Shown: positions 9,314 to 18,290 of the stretch, piece after piece
Position numbering within the stretch: the stretch's first letter is position 1
Layout of the letters: every line of letters starts with the position of its first letter
DNA from: Acaryochloris marina S15
Lineage (GTDB): Bacteria; Cyanobacteriota; Cyanobacteriia; Thermosynechococcales; Thermosynechococcaceae
Direction: 5' to 3'
NCBI RefSeq assembly: GCF_018336915.1
Contig: NZ_CP064923.1
Coordinates: 2,520,001 to 2,552,000 of the forward strand
DNA length: 32,000 nucleotides
Made by a program: the position numbers and the translations under genes
The notes under the pieces: generated by a model
What the model saw: the letters and a program-made list of their open reading frames with translations, nothing else
Database searches by the model: none
What the model was told of the DNA's origin: nothing

Positions 9314-9597
9314 TGTTGACGACAGACAAGGGTGCCATCCGTTTGAATCTTGCCTAGGGATAACCGCGTCAATTTATGGGGACAAACATCATCCATTGCT
9401 ATCCACTGACCCTGATGTTGCCAGATCACCAAATTTTTACCGAGCAAGGTGATGGGGGTGGGGCAAGAGTTATCCAAATAGTTTAAGGGACTAACCGGAT
9501 ACCACTGCTTCAGCCAATTTAAGGGTTGTCTTTCAGCGGTGGATTGTGATTCTAAACCACTTAGATTTTCTGACTTGAGGTCAATATCTGTCGTCAT
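9314..9597 (-). pseudogene. Rieske/PaO-family oxygenase, N-terminal fragment (ends inside the Rieske CxxH motif)
   Basis: MTTDID...WIAMDDVCPHKLTRLSLGKIQTDGTLVCRQ runs into the IS left end. The ORF-track end (9304) includes 3 codons and a stop supplied by the IS. Joined to 2026-3231 it restores CPH-x17-CRQH. Confidence 0.85.
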
Positions 9598-9891
9598 AAG
9601 GCACCATTGTTCTAGTTTTGCTGAGAACGTGCTTGAAAACTATGTAGGTAACGTGGCTCTATTACCTCAGATGGACGAAGACAATATCTAATGACAGATT
9701 TCTAGTTGGTTAATGCTAATCCATCCTCGCTCAAAAGATATACCACTAATCAAACGTCAGCAACTTTCCCAACTTTTATGCATTATCTAGAAAATGTGCG
9801 TGAAGACTCCAACTATACGAATGTTAGTTGGAGATGTGTATAGCACTCCATTCCAAGCATATTGTTATGCCGAACATGCTAGTGTAATAGT

Positions 9892-10030
9892 ATGATTGTA
9901 CTAAAGTTTAAAGCAAGAACCAGTCAGCATCAAACAAGTGCGATTGATGAAGCCATCAGGACAGCTCAATTCATTCGTAATAAGTGCTTGCGCTTTTGGA
10001 TGGATAACAAAGGTACAGGCAAATACGACT
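9892..10030 (+). pseudogene. tnpB: TnpB (IS200/IS605-family OrfB) N-terminal 46 codons, truncated by IS copy 3
   Basis: Own translation gives MIVLKFKARTSQHQTSAIDEAIRTAQFIRNKCLRFWMDNKGTGKYD, the characteristic TnpB N-terminus. A 9-bp-stem hairpin upstream (CTCCAACTA 9807-9815 / TAGTTGGAG 9825-9833) is compatible with an IS605-type left end. Confidence 0.65.
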
Positions 10031-11497
10031 GTAAGCGTAAATATCCTACATTAAAAGCCTAATTCTCAAGCAGCTTTTTCTTCTTCAGGAAGAACTAAAT
10101 CTAGCCAATTATCACTCCATTCATTACTGATCATACTCGCCCTGATTTGCAAGACATTATGGGCACCTACCCGAGTCCATTGCATCTTCTGCTTCTTTTT
10201 ATGGCGAGCATTAATGAGGGTGTCAATATGAGATTCTGCAACTTGACTGGTATAAGCTAGCCCCGCTTTATCTCGCTCGTCATAATTGACAAGATATTCA
10301 CTGTTATTCTTTAAGTAATCGTATAAGCCTTTGAGCTTTGTTTGCTTCTTCTCATCTGAAATGTTGTCTCGAAGCATGGCAATCTTCTGCAGAGCATCAT
10401 CTACTTTTCCATGCCATAAACTCCCCTTCGCACTATCGAGGGATTCTGCAAAGGTTTCACCCAGTGCATTGCTGACATTTCGGAATTTCTTGCCGATATG
10501 AAACCAGTCCAAGATCAGCTCTAATGCTTTGCAATGAGGCTCAAGAACTGAGATGACTGACCAGCAGTTGCTAGCACCATCGGCCAAGGCAGTGACCTGT
10601 GTCTCTTCTGTCATCCCTTGTTTAAGTGCCGCATGATGCAGATAGGTCTTGATGGTTTGCAACTCATCCTCTAAGGCGGAAACAACACAAGTCTTTTCCG
10701 TAATTTGGCGATGATGTTTATCAACTACTTCAATGGCACTAGGACGATAAACGATGCCAGATAAGGCTTCAAAACTGCGCTTGTCTTTATCTTTGGTAGG
10801 AATATGACCCCCATCGACTTGAGCAATGAGTTCTGCTGCCGGGGTGGGTAACTCTTCTTGATCTGGAGGGGTAGTGTTCGCTTGAGATAAACGCTCACCG
10901 ACTTGATTGGTCACGTTTTTGATTTGGACATGGTTATTCACACTCCGGCGCTGAGCATTCAGCCGCTCCATATTATCCTGAGCTTCTCGATAGCTATGCA
11001 AGGCACCATTCTCACATTGCAGTTTTACTAAGTCAGGATGAGTATCTGTGCCAAAGACGCTCAACACCGATGGCATACTTTGCCATCGACACTCAGGATT
11101 CTTGCACCGATGTTTTTGGATACGGAGTTTATGATCGCTGAAGACGGCATGGAATGTAGATGGTTGAAAACCAAGCTTGCCTATTTTCCCACCACATTTG
11201 ATGCACTGCGTAACTCCAGTATCGATGAGGGTAGATTGTTCGGATAACAGAGCACTTTGGACTTTGGAAAGCAGAGAGATTTGTTCTTCGTGACGCAATC
11301 CTAGATCTAGAATAGATTCTGGTTGCTTGATGTCATAGATTTTTAGAGTGTCTCGTTTAACGACTTCCTGAGTGGTAACCGAAACTTTCTCCACAATCAC
11401 TCTAAATTCGTAGTCCATCTCTCACCGTTACTCTCGAACCTCTGCAAGAGATAGAGTAACACTAAAAACTTGAATAATGTACAAAAATTACGCTTTC
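10031..11497 (-). mobile_element. IS copy 3 (1,467 bp)
   Basis: Same ends as copies 1 and 2. Confidence 0.85.
10066..11418 (-). CDS. IS transposase, 450 aa (identical to 637-1989)
   Basis: The ORF-track protein is identical to that of copies 1 and 2. Confidence 0.9.
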   Translation of the reverse strand: MDYEFRVIVEKVSVTTQEVVKRDTLKIYDIKQPESILDLGLRHEEQISLLSKVQSALLSEQSTLIDTGVTQCIKCGGKIGKLGFQPSTFHAVFSDHKLRIQKHRCKNPECRWQSMPSVLSVFGTDTHPDLVKLQCENGALHSYREAQDNMERLNAQRRSVNNHVQIKNVTNQVGERLSQANTTPPDQEELPTPAAELIAQVDGGHIPTKDKDKRSFEALSGIVYRPSAIEVVDKHHRQITEKTCVVSALEDELQTIKTYLHHAALKQGMTEETQVTALADGASNCWSVISVLEPHCKALELILDWFHIGKKFRNVSNALGETFAESLDSAKGSLWHGKVDDALQKIAMLRDNISDEKKQTKLKGLYDYLKNNSEYLVNYDERDKAGLAYTSQVAESHIDTLINARHKKKQKMQWTRVGAHNVLQIRASMISNEWSDNWLDLVLPEEEKAA

Positions 11498-11590
11498 ATT
11501 GCTGTCTCCATTCCTCTGACTAATGCACAGAAGTTTAGAGGTTGGCCTGGTCTGGTTAGGGGGAATGACCTGTCGAAATGATGGTTAGGG

Positions 11591-11759
11591 GGTGGCGAAG
11601 TTTATTGCCATTTGACCGGCGAAGTTATTACCACAGAGGTGGCGAAGTTTATTGCCATTTGACCGGCGAAGATAACTTCCAAAGGGGTGGCGAAGTTGCT
11701 GCTATTTGACCGGCGAGGTTGCCCTCCAAAGGGGTGGCGAAGTTTGTGAGAATATGCAG
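11591..11759. repeat. tandem direct repeats: 47-48-bp period built from seven 23-24-bp GGCGA(A/G)G-headed units
   Basis: GGCGAAG/GGCGAGG starts at 11594, 11618, 11641, 11665, 11689, 11712 and 11736 (spacings 24, 23, 24, 24, 23, 24). Units alternate between ...TTTATTGCCATTTGACC and ...CCAAAGGGGT types. Confidence 0.85.
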
Positions 11760-12083
11760 CTATCTTTTGAATCTCATGTGATAGACAATAGAGAACCACC
11801 GACCAATCATCCTTCGCTAATTCAAGAAATGATTGACTTGGGGTTGGTCAAGACTCAAAGGAGCCGGGCTCACTGCGATCTCTCCCGATTTCAAAGAGAA
11901 TGTTGGTTTGAGTATTGTTCTGACTTGGTGTTGCCATCCATCTATACCTGGGAATTGTGGCACGAGAAATTCATCACCAGTCAAAAGGAATCGACTACCC
12001 TGATCGCACCTGGGGAAGACTTTGAGCATTTTAACTATGTATGGGTACAAGAGATGGAAATCCAGACAGTGCAACCAGGCTAA
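11754..12083 (+). CDS. hypothetical protein
   Basis: ORF track (11706-12083). The ATG at 11754 is preferred because the upstream part runs through the tandem repeats. No recognisable motif. Confidence 0.3.
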   Translation: MQLSFESHVIDNREPPTNHPSLIQEMIDLGLVKTQRSRAHCDLSRFQRECWFEYCSDLVLPSIYTWELWHEKFITSQKESTTLIAPGEDFEHFNYVWVQEMEIQTVQPG

Positions 12084-12167
12084 ATTTAGATGGTTAAGGT
12101 TCTGATTGCTTCATGGCACTATAAGATGTTGCATTAACTATGGCGAAGACCAAAACGTTGTTTGAAG

Positions 12168-12548
12168 ATGATAGAAATCAGATGGCTGGAGAAGGATATC
12201 AGTATGACTTATGTATGTGAATTAGGCCCCGGCCACAGCATGTACCTTGACAACCAAGGTGCTCAGACCTTAGTCACTTTAATGATGGGTACTCCTGGAC
12301 AACAACAACAGTCTAGTAATAGTTTTGGAACAGGCTGTTGGACAGCTCCACCTGAAATTTATCGAACGCCCCAAGAATTCGTCATTAAAGTAACCACTAC
12401 TCACGGTGAGCAGTTTATCCAAGTGCAGGGCAGCAGCATGATTAGTATGACGAGCATCCCATCTTTGCAGAAGTCTCAACAGATACAAATAAACCTAAGT
12501 GAGGCGATCCCCTCTATTTCTGGTAGTGTCGCAAAAATAGAGTGTTGA
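12168..12548 (+). CDS. hypothetical protein whose 3' end is supplied by the IS6 left IR (probably truncated)
   Basis: ORF track (12162-12548), first ATG at 12168. The last 9 codons (SGSVAKIEC*) lie inside IS6 copy A, which starts at 12522. Confidence 0.3.
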   Translation: MIEIRWLEKDISMTYVCELGPGHSMYLDNQGAQTLVTLMMGTPGQQQQSSNSFGTGCWTAPPEIYRTPQEFVIKVTTTHGEQFIQVQGSSMISMTSIPSLQKSQQIQINLSEAIPSISGSVAKIEC

Positions 12549-13365
12549 CCGATAGACAGTGGTAAATTGAGAGGCTCTGTTCCTTTTCTCTCCCATCAAT
12601 GAAAACTACTGATCTGTTCAAATGGCGTCATTACCAATCTGAGATCATCCTGCTCAATGTTCGTTGGTATTGCCGTTATCCCCTCAGCTATAGAAATTTA
12701 GAAGAGATGATGATAGAGAGGGGCTTAGAGGTGGATCACAGCACCATCAATCGGTGGGTTCTCAAATATTCTCCTGAGCTAGACAAGCGCTGTCGTCGGC
12801 ATCTCAAGCCTACCAATGATTCTTGGAGAGTTGATGAAACTTACATCAAAATCCGTAAAAAGTGGCGATACCTATATCGAGCCGTAGACTCTGATGGCTA
12901 CACCCTCGACTTTTTACTCACAGCAAAGCGGGATGCTAAGGCTGCGAAGCGCTTTCTGACTAAAGCACTGAATGCCGTTCATACCCATGAACCTCGGGTG
13001 ATCAATGTGGACAAGAATCCAGCATATCCTCCTGCTGTTGAGCAGTTACAGGAAGAGGAACGTATCCCTGAAGGAGTAAAAGTACGGCAGGTAAAATACC
13101 TCAATAATATAGTGGAGCAAGATCATCGTGGCATTAAAAGTCTCGTGAACCCTGGTATGGGATTTGGATCGTTTAACTCGGCTAGACGAACCTTAAAAGG
13201 GTATGAAGCGATGAACATGATCCGTAAAGGTCAGATCAAAAATGTGGGCAAAGATGATGTGGTAGGACAGATCTCTTTTATCAATCAAATCTTCGGATTA
13301 GCTGCATAGTCTCGGATAGAAATCTGAGGAGTTTTGTAACTGGAAGCATTTTTTGCGACACAACC
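12522..13365 (+). mobile_element. IS6-family IS, copy A (844 bp, boundary +/-1)
   Basis: Boundaries come from comparison with copy B. IRs are GGTAGTGTCGCAAAAA (left) and GGTTGTGTCGCAAAAA (right, reverse complement), resembling the IS26-type GGCACTGTTGCAAA end. Confidence 0.9.
12599..13309 (+). CDS. IS6-family transposase, 236 aa
   Basis: MKTTDLFKWRHYQSEIILLNVRWYCRYPLSYRNLEEMMIERGLEVDHSTINRWV...WRVDETYIKI...YLYRAVD is a typical IS6/IS26-like sequence. Confidence 0.95.
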   Translation: MKTTDLFKWRHYQSEIILLNVRWYCRYPLSYRNLEEMMIERGLEVDHSTINRWVLKYSPELDKRCRRHLKPTNDSWRVDETYIKIRKKWRYLYRAVDSDGYTLDFLLTAKRDAKAAKRFLTKALNAVHTHEPRVINVDKNPAYPPAVEQLQEEERIPEGVKVRQVKYLNNIVEQDHRGIKSLVNPGMGFGSFNSARRTLKGYEAMNMIRKGQIKNVGKDDVVGQISFINQIFGLAA

Positions 13366-16300
13366 ATCATTACTGAACGAGATATCTTGCAATTACAAAC
13401 CTTAGGGATTCCTACGACCACTACATTCGTTGAGCAGGTCATGAGTAGCCCACTATTTTTTGTCGATCCTAGAGATAGCCTGTGGTCGGTTTATCAACAA
13501 ATGCATCACCATCACATCCGCCGCATGGTGGTGGTTGATTCAAATAATAGTAATCATCTCTTGGGGATTGTCAATCAAGATGATCTGCTCCATTTATTCG
13601 ACCCATTGGCGATGAATGAGACCCCGCAAGTACAGGTTGAGCCGTTTAAACAAGAAAAAATCAACCTATTGCAGGACTGGAATCATGGCTTGGAACAGCA
13701 ACAACAGTTGCTAGAGGATATTATCCTTGCCAAGGATCGAGCCCAGCTATTGGAACAACAGAATCTTCGACTTCAACAGGAAATTAAAGACAAGGAGCAA
13801 GCAGAAGCAGAATTAAACCAACAAATTGAGCAGGAAAGGCTACTACGACTTATTACCCAAGACATTCATAGCACCAGAGATATTAAGGAACTGCAGTCTC
13901 TTGTTGTCAATCAAGTCCGTCAGACGGTTAGGGCAGATCGAGCTTTGCTGTTTCGCTTAATGCCAGGAGGGGGAGGCATCATTCTTGAGGAATCTGTTCT
14001 CCCTAGCTATCCTGCTATGGAAGAGCTAGATGGTGAAGATCAAGATTTCCCACCTGAATGCTATGAGTTTTATCTCCAAAGAAAACCGCGAATCGTTTTG
14101 GACTTACACCAAGACGACTGGAGTCATTGCTTAAAACAATTCTGGATGCCAGCCCAGGTCAAATCTAAGATTGTGGCCCCCATTGTGCAATCCCAAAATC
14201 ATGGCCACAAAAGGTTATGGGGGTTATTAGTGGTTCATGCCTGTGACTATCCTCGGGTATGGCAGCCAGATGAAGCTTTATTCCTGCAGCAAGTGGCCAA
14301 TCAATTTGCAGTTGCGATTCAACAAGCTGACTTAGCTATACAGTTACAGCAAGAATTAGTAGAACGGCAACAGAGCGATCTAGCTCTAGCTCAAGAGTTA
14401 CAACGATCGCAGCTTTTAGGTAAAATCACTCAGAAAATCCATGAAAGTCTGGATAGCCTTCATGTTTTTGAAACGGCAGTAGTAGAAATTCGTCGCGCTC
14501 TTAAAGCGAGTCGATGCAACATTTTTGTCTATAGTGCTGTGGATGACCCTCATTTCTCTTTGATGTTCCATGATTATGAAGCAGATTATCCAGACCAAGG
14601 ACCAGAGATTGTCCGCTTAGCCGATCATGAGTATGTGCGGCAACTGGCAAACCAACCAGAAGCAATTGCCAGCCCCCAGGCTCAATCCGATCCATTATTG
14701 GTAAGTTGCTTGCCAATGGTTGAAGCCCTTTCCATTCAATCTATGGTTAGTATTCGCACGTCTTACCAAGGCAATGTGAATGGAGCGATTACGATTAGCC
14801 AATGCGATCGCATCCGGGATTGGACCCCCGAGGAATTAGACTTACTCACTGCAGTCGCCACAGAAGTGGGCATTGCCCTAGCCCACGCCAACTTACTCAC
14901 CCAAGAACTCCACCAGCGAGAACAACTCTCTCAAAAGAACCAACAACTACATACTGAAATCGAAGAGAAGAAACAAACACAGACCCTTCTCAAACTCGTG
15001 ATGGATTCCATTCCTCAAGCCATTTTTTGGAAGGACAGAACCTCTCGCTATTTAGGGTGTAATCGTGCTTTTGCCAAAGAAGCGGGTTTTAACACTGCAG
15101 AAGAGATTATTGGCAAAACTGACCAAGAGATGCCTTGGCCACCGGAAGAAGCAGAATGGTATCGGCTTTCTGATCTAGAAGTCATAAACTCCAACCAACC
15201 CCAATTCCATGTCCTTGAAACTCAGCTACGCGCCGACGGGACAAAAACGTGGATGGACACCAATAAAGTCCCTCTTCATAACCCTAAAGGAAAAGTGGTA
15301 GGGGTTTTGGGAACTGCCGAAGATATTACAGAGCGGATTCAGGTCGAAGCCGAGTTGCAGCAACAACTCCAACGAGAACAGGTCTTATCCGAAATTACCA
15401 ACCAAATTCGTCAGAGCCTCGATCTGGACATCCTTTTAAAATCTGCAGTAGAACAGCTCTGTGCTTTATTCCAAGTCAGTCGGTGTTCCTTTTTTACTTA
15501 CACTGACCAGCCCAACCCTCAACTCGTACTCTCTGCCCAAGCCTATTCACAGCCAGAATGGGAAGCTGCTCTTTCTCATCCCCTCCTCACCTCAGATCAT
15601 CCTCGTCTTTTAAAGTTACTTGCGAATGATCGAGTTCGCCCTGTGTCTGATATTTGGCAAGAGCCTAGTCTGGCGACATCAGAAAAAGAAAGCCTGTCTT
15701 CTACCCTAAGAATTAGAGCCTATCTCAGCGTTAGAACAGCCTTTAAAAATCATCCAAATGGCATTATATTCCTCGACCAATGCGAGCGCAGACGGAATTG
15801 GACCAAAGATGAAGTCTCTTTATTGGGAACAGTTGCAGCCCAGCTAGGGATTGCTGTTGCCCATGCTGATTTATTAGCGGATGAACAGAAGCAGCGTCAG
15901 GACTTAAAACTTCAGAACCGCCGCCTGCAGGAAGAGATCGCCCATCGAAATCAGGCCGAGAAAGCATTAGCAAAGCAACTCGAAAAAGCTGAACTGTTAG
16001 AGAAAATTGTTCAACAAATTCGGCAAAGTCTTGAACCACAGTTAATTTTCCGCACTGCCGTGACTCAGGTACGACAATTACTAGCTGCAGATCGCGTCTG
16101 CATCTATCGATTTATAGAGGATACGGACCACGCCCAAGGCATGATGGTCGCAGAAGAAGTACTCCCAGAGTTTCCATCTGCCCTGACAGCCCATGTGCGA
16201 GACCGATGCTTTGGTGACCAATATGCAAATCGTTATCAGAGCGGTCGCTTCCAGGCTGTTGCCGATATTCATGAAGCTGGCCTTAGTGATTGCCATATTG

Positions 16301-18045
16301 AAATTTTGGCCCAGTTTCATATCCGTGCCAACTTAGTTCTGCCCCTACTCCAGGGAGATAACTTATGGGGATTGCTCTGTATTCATCAATGTTCAGGGCC
16401 GCGATCTTGGCAGCCGGATGAAATAGAGTTTGTGCAGAAGATTGCCAATCAACTGGGTATTGCCCTATATCAAGCTGAACTCCTGCTTAAAGAACAGCAT
16501 CAACGCCATGTCTTATCGGTTCGAAGCCAAGAATTGACCTTCAACAATCAACAGTTGGCGGCCGCTAAACAAGAAGCTGAAACAGCTCAGAAAAAAGCAG
16601 AGCAGGCGAATCGAGCCAAAAGTACATTTCTGGCAAATATGAGCCATGAATTGAGGACACCCTTAAATGCCATCCTAGGTTTTAGCCAGTTGATCAGTCG
16701 TGACCCCAGTACCCCGAACTATCAGCTAGAACAACTAGAAATTATTAATCGTAGCGGTGAACATCTGCTGGCCTTAATTAACGATGTCCTCACCATGTCC
16801 AAGATTGAAGCAGGACGTTCTTCTCTCCACTCCCAAATTGTAGATTTACCGTTGCTTCTGGATACTGTGGAAAGTATGCTCGGGATTAAAGCGAAGCAAA
16901 AAAGGCTGACACTGCTAATTAACCGTGGGCCTAACCCACCTCAGTACATTCGGACAGACCCCGGAAAACTCCGACAGGTATTAATGAATTTACTGAGTAA
17001 TGCCATTAAATTTACCACCAGTGGTCATGTCCAGCTGCACCTGGAGCCCAGTGCCTTAGACACTTCTGAGAGTTCAGATGCACCTCCATTACTAGAGCTG
17101 CGGTTTACAGTGACAGATACAGGGTCCGGCATTGCCCCAGAAGAACTTAAGTTGTTATTTGAGCCGTTTGCCCAGACAGAAACGGGGCGTCAATCCCAAG
17201 AAGGAACAGGCTTAGGATTGGCTATTAGCCGTCAATTCGTACAGCTGATGGGCGGAAATTTGACTGCCCAGAGTATCCATAACCAGGGCACAACTTTCAC
17301 CTTCAATATTGTGGTTGAAAAAGTTCTACAGCAAAAGCAATCTCTCTCTCATCGTCAGTTCATGGGGTTATTACCAGATCAACCTCAATATCGAATTCTG
17401 GTAGTGGAAGATAATATGGATAGTCGTGAATTGTTAGTAACCCTACTAGAAACTATTGGTTTTACGGTTAAGGCAGCTAAAAATGGTGAAGTAGCCGTTA
17501 CACTATGCCAAAGCTGGCAACCTGATTTAGTCTGGATGGATTTGCGACTACCTATCCTAGACGGATTGAGCGCTACGCGTTTGATCAAGCAAATGGAGAA
17601 TCCCCCTGTCGTCATTGCCTTAACAGCTAATGCCTTTGATGAAGATCGTGACTTGGCACTACGAGCAGGATGTGATGATTTCGTTCATAAGCCTTATCGA
17701 GAAGCAAGTATTTTCGAAAAAATGGCTCTACATTTAGAGGTGGAGTATCATTACCAAGATAAAGTACCTCTCAAATCAACGATTCCCACCTTAAATGTGG
17801 ACCATCTAGCTCAAATGCCTCATCCTTGGCTAGTTCAATTACATCAAGCGACTAATAATCTCGACCAACATATGGTGGAACTGCTCCTCGATGAGCTTGA
17901 TGATACTGCTCAGCCATTGCAAGAAGCTCTCAGACATTTAGTATACGAGTTTCGTTATGACGAAATTCTAGCGGTTACGCATCCTCTCATTTCACCTCTT
18001 CCTCAGGACTCCACGGAACAGAGTCCTCAAAATGGGAATGGGTAA
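13366..18045 (+). CDS. hybrid sensor histidine kinase / response regulator, 5'-truncated by IS6 copy A (CBS - coiled coil - GAF - GAF - PAS - GAF - GAF - HisKA - HATPase - REC - C-terminal helical tail)
   Basis: H-box MSHELRTPLN (His codon 16645-16647). ATPase boxes LLSNAIKFT, DTGSGI and GTGLGLAIS. Receiver RILVVEDN...LVWMDLRLP (Asp codon 17539-17541)...HKP. The frame reads TIITERDILQLQ (end of a CBS motif) directly from the IS6 right IR. The first possible starts are TTG 13387 and ATG 13441. Confidence 0.85.
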   Translation: MITERDILQLQTLGIPTTTTFVEQVMSSPLFFVDPRDSLWSVYQQMHHHHIRRMVVVDSNNSNHLLGIVNQDDLLHLFDPLAMNETPQVQVEPFKQEKINLLQDWNHGLEQQQQLLEDIILAKDRAQLLEQQNLRLQQEIKDKEQAEAELNQQIEQERLLRLITQDIHSTRDIKELQSLVVNQVRQTVRADRALLFRLMPGGGGIILEESVLPSYPAMEELDGEDQDFPPECYEFYLQRKPRIVLDLHQDDWSHCLKQFWMPAQVKSKIVAPIVQSQNHGHKRLWGLLVVHACDYPRVWQPDEALFLQQVANQFAVAIQQADLAIQLQQELVERQQSDLALAQELQRSQLLGKITQKIHESLDSLHVFETAVVEIRRALKASRCNIFVYSAVDDPHFSLMFHDYEADYPDQGPEIVRLADHEYVRQLANQPEAIASPQAQSDPLLVSCLPMVEALSIQSMVSIRTSYQGNVNGAITISQCDRIRDWTPEELDLLTAVATEVGIALAHANLLTQELHQREQLSQKNQQLHTEIEEKKQTQTLLKLVMDSIPQAIFWKDRTSRYLGCNRAFAKEAGFNTAEEIIGKTDQEMPWPPEEAEWYRLSDLEVINSNQPQFHVLETQLRADGTKTWMDTNKVPLHNPKGKVVGVLGTAEDITERIQVEAELQQQLQREQVLSEITNQIRQSLDLDILLKSAVEQLCALFQVSRCSFFTYTDQPNPQLVLSAQAYSQPEWEAALSHPLLTSDHPRLLKLLANDRVRPVSDIWQEPSLATSEKESLSSTLRIRAYLSVRTAFKNHPNGIIFLDQCERRRNWTKDEVSLLGTVAAQLGIAVAHADLLADEQKQRQDLKLQNRRLQEEIAHRNQAEKALAKQLEKAELLEKIVQQIRQSLEPQLIFRTAVTQVRQLLAADRVCIYRFIEDTDHAQGMMVAEEVLPEFPSALTAHVRDRCFGDQYANRYQSGRFQAVADIHEAGLSDCHIEILAQFHIRANLVLPLLQGDNLWGLLCIHQCSGPRSWQPDEIEFVQKIANQLGIALYQAELLLKEQHQRHVLSVRSQELTFNNQQLAAAKQEAETAQKKAEQANRAKSTFLANMSHELRTPLNAILGFSQLISRDPSTPNYQLEQLEIINRSGEHLLALINDVLTMSKIEAGRSSLHSQIVDLPLLLDTVESMLGIKAKQKRLTLLINRGPNPPQYIRTDPGKLRQVLMNLLSNAIKFTTSGHVQLHLEPSALDTSESSDAPPLLELRFTVTDTGSGIAPEELKLLFEPFAQTETGRQSQEGTGLGLAISRQFVQLMGGNLTAQSIHNQGTTFTFNIVVEKVLQQKQSLSHRQFMGLLPDQPQYRILVVEDNMDSRELLVTLLETIGFTVKAAKNGEVAVTLCQSWQPDLVWMDLRLPILDGLSATRLIKQMENPPVVIALTANAFDEDRDLALRAGCDDFVHKPYREASIFEKMALHLEVEYHYQDKVPLKSTIPTLNVDHLAQMPHPWLVQLHQATNNLDQHMVELLLDELDDTAQPLQEALRHLVYEFRYDEILAVTHPLISPLPQDSTEQSPQNGNG

Positions 18046-18253
18046 GCTAAAAGTAGATATAGGAACTTTATGGAGAAGGAATTTCCCAATTCTTAAATAC
18101 CCCTTTGTCTCAATCTATTTAGCTCGCTCCTGCAAAGAATGGCTTGGGAATGTCTTATCGTCAGTCAAAAGTCATCAATAACCGAAAGTCCTTGATAGGT
18201 GGCCAGCTATATACCTAGTAAAGCCCTATATCCAATAATTGAATATAGTGTTA

Positions 18254-18276
18254 TTTTTGAATATATATTTCAAAAA
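18254..18276. promoter_or_regulatory. candidate PadR operator: palindrome TTTTTGAA-N7-TTCAAAAA
   Basis: 8-bp arms at 18254-18261 and 18269-18276, ending 15 nt before the PadR start codon. It overlaps direct TTGAATATA repeats at 18239 and 18257. Confidence 0.35.
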
Positions 18277-18290
18277 CATCTAGCGCTGCT

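Noticed and set aside
11591-11759. Tandem array considered as a CRISPR array
   Set aside because: The segments between the conserved heads are themselves repeated (two alternating types), not unique spacers. The units are only 23-24 bp and there are no cas genes in the window.
11602-11799. ORF 11602-11799(-) and the TTG-start extension 11706-11753 of the plus-strand ORF
   Set aside because: Both simply read through the tandem repeats. The repeat periodicity (23-24 bp) is not a multiple of 3, so no consistent peptide repeat is encoded.
14416-17615. Several 60-91-aa antisense ORFs inside the histidine kinase gene
   Set aside because: They lie inside a 4.6-kb frame with unambiguous kinase and receiver motifs. 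They are shadow ORFs.
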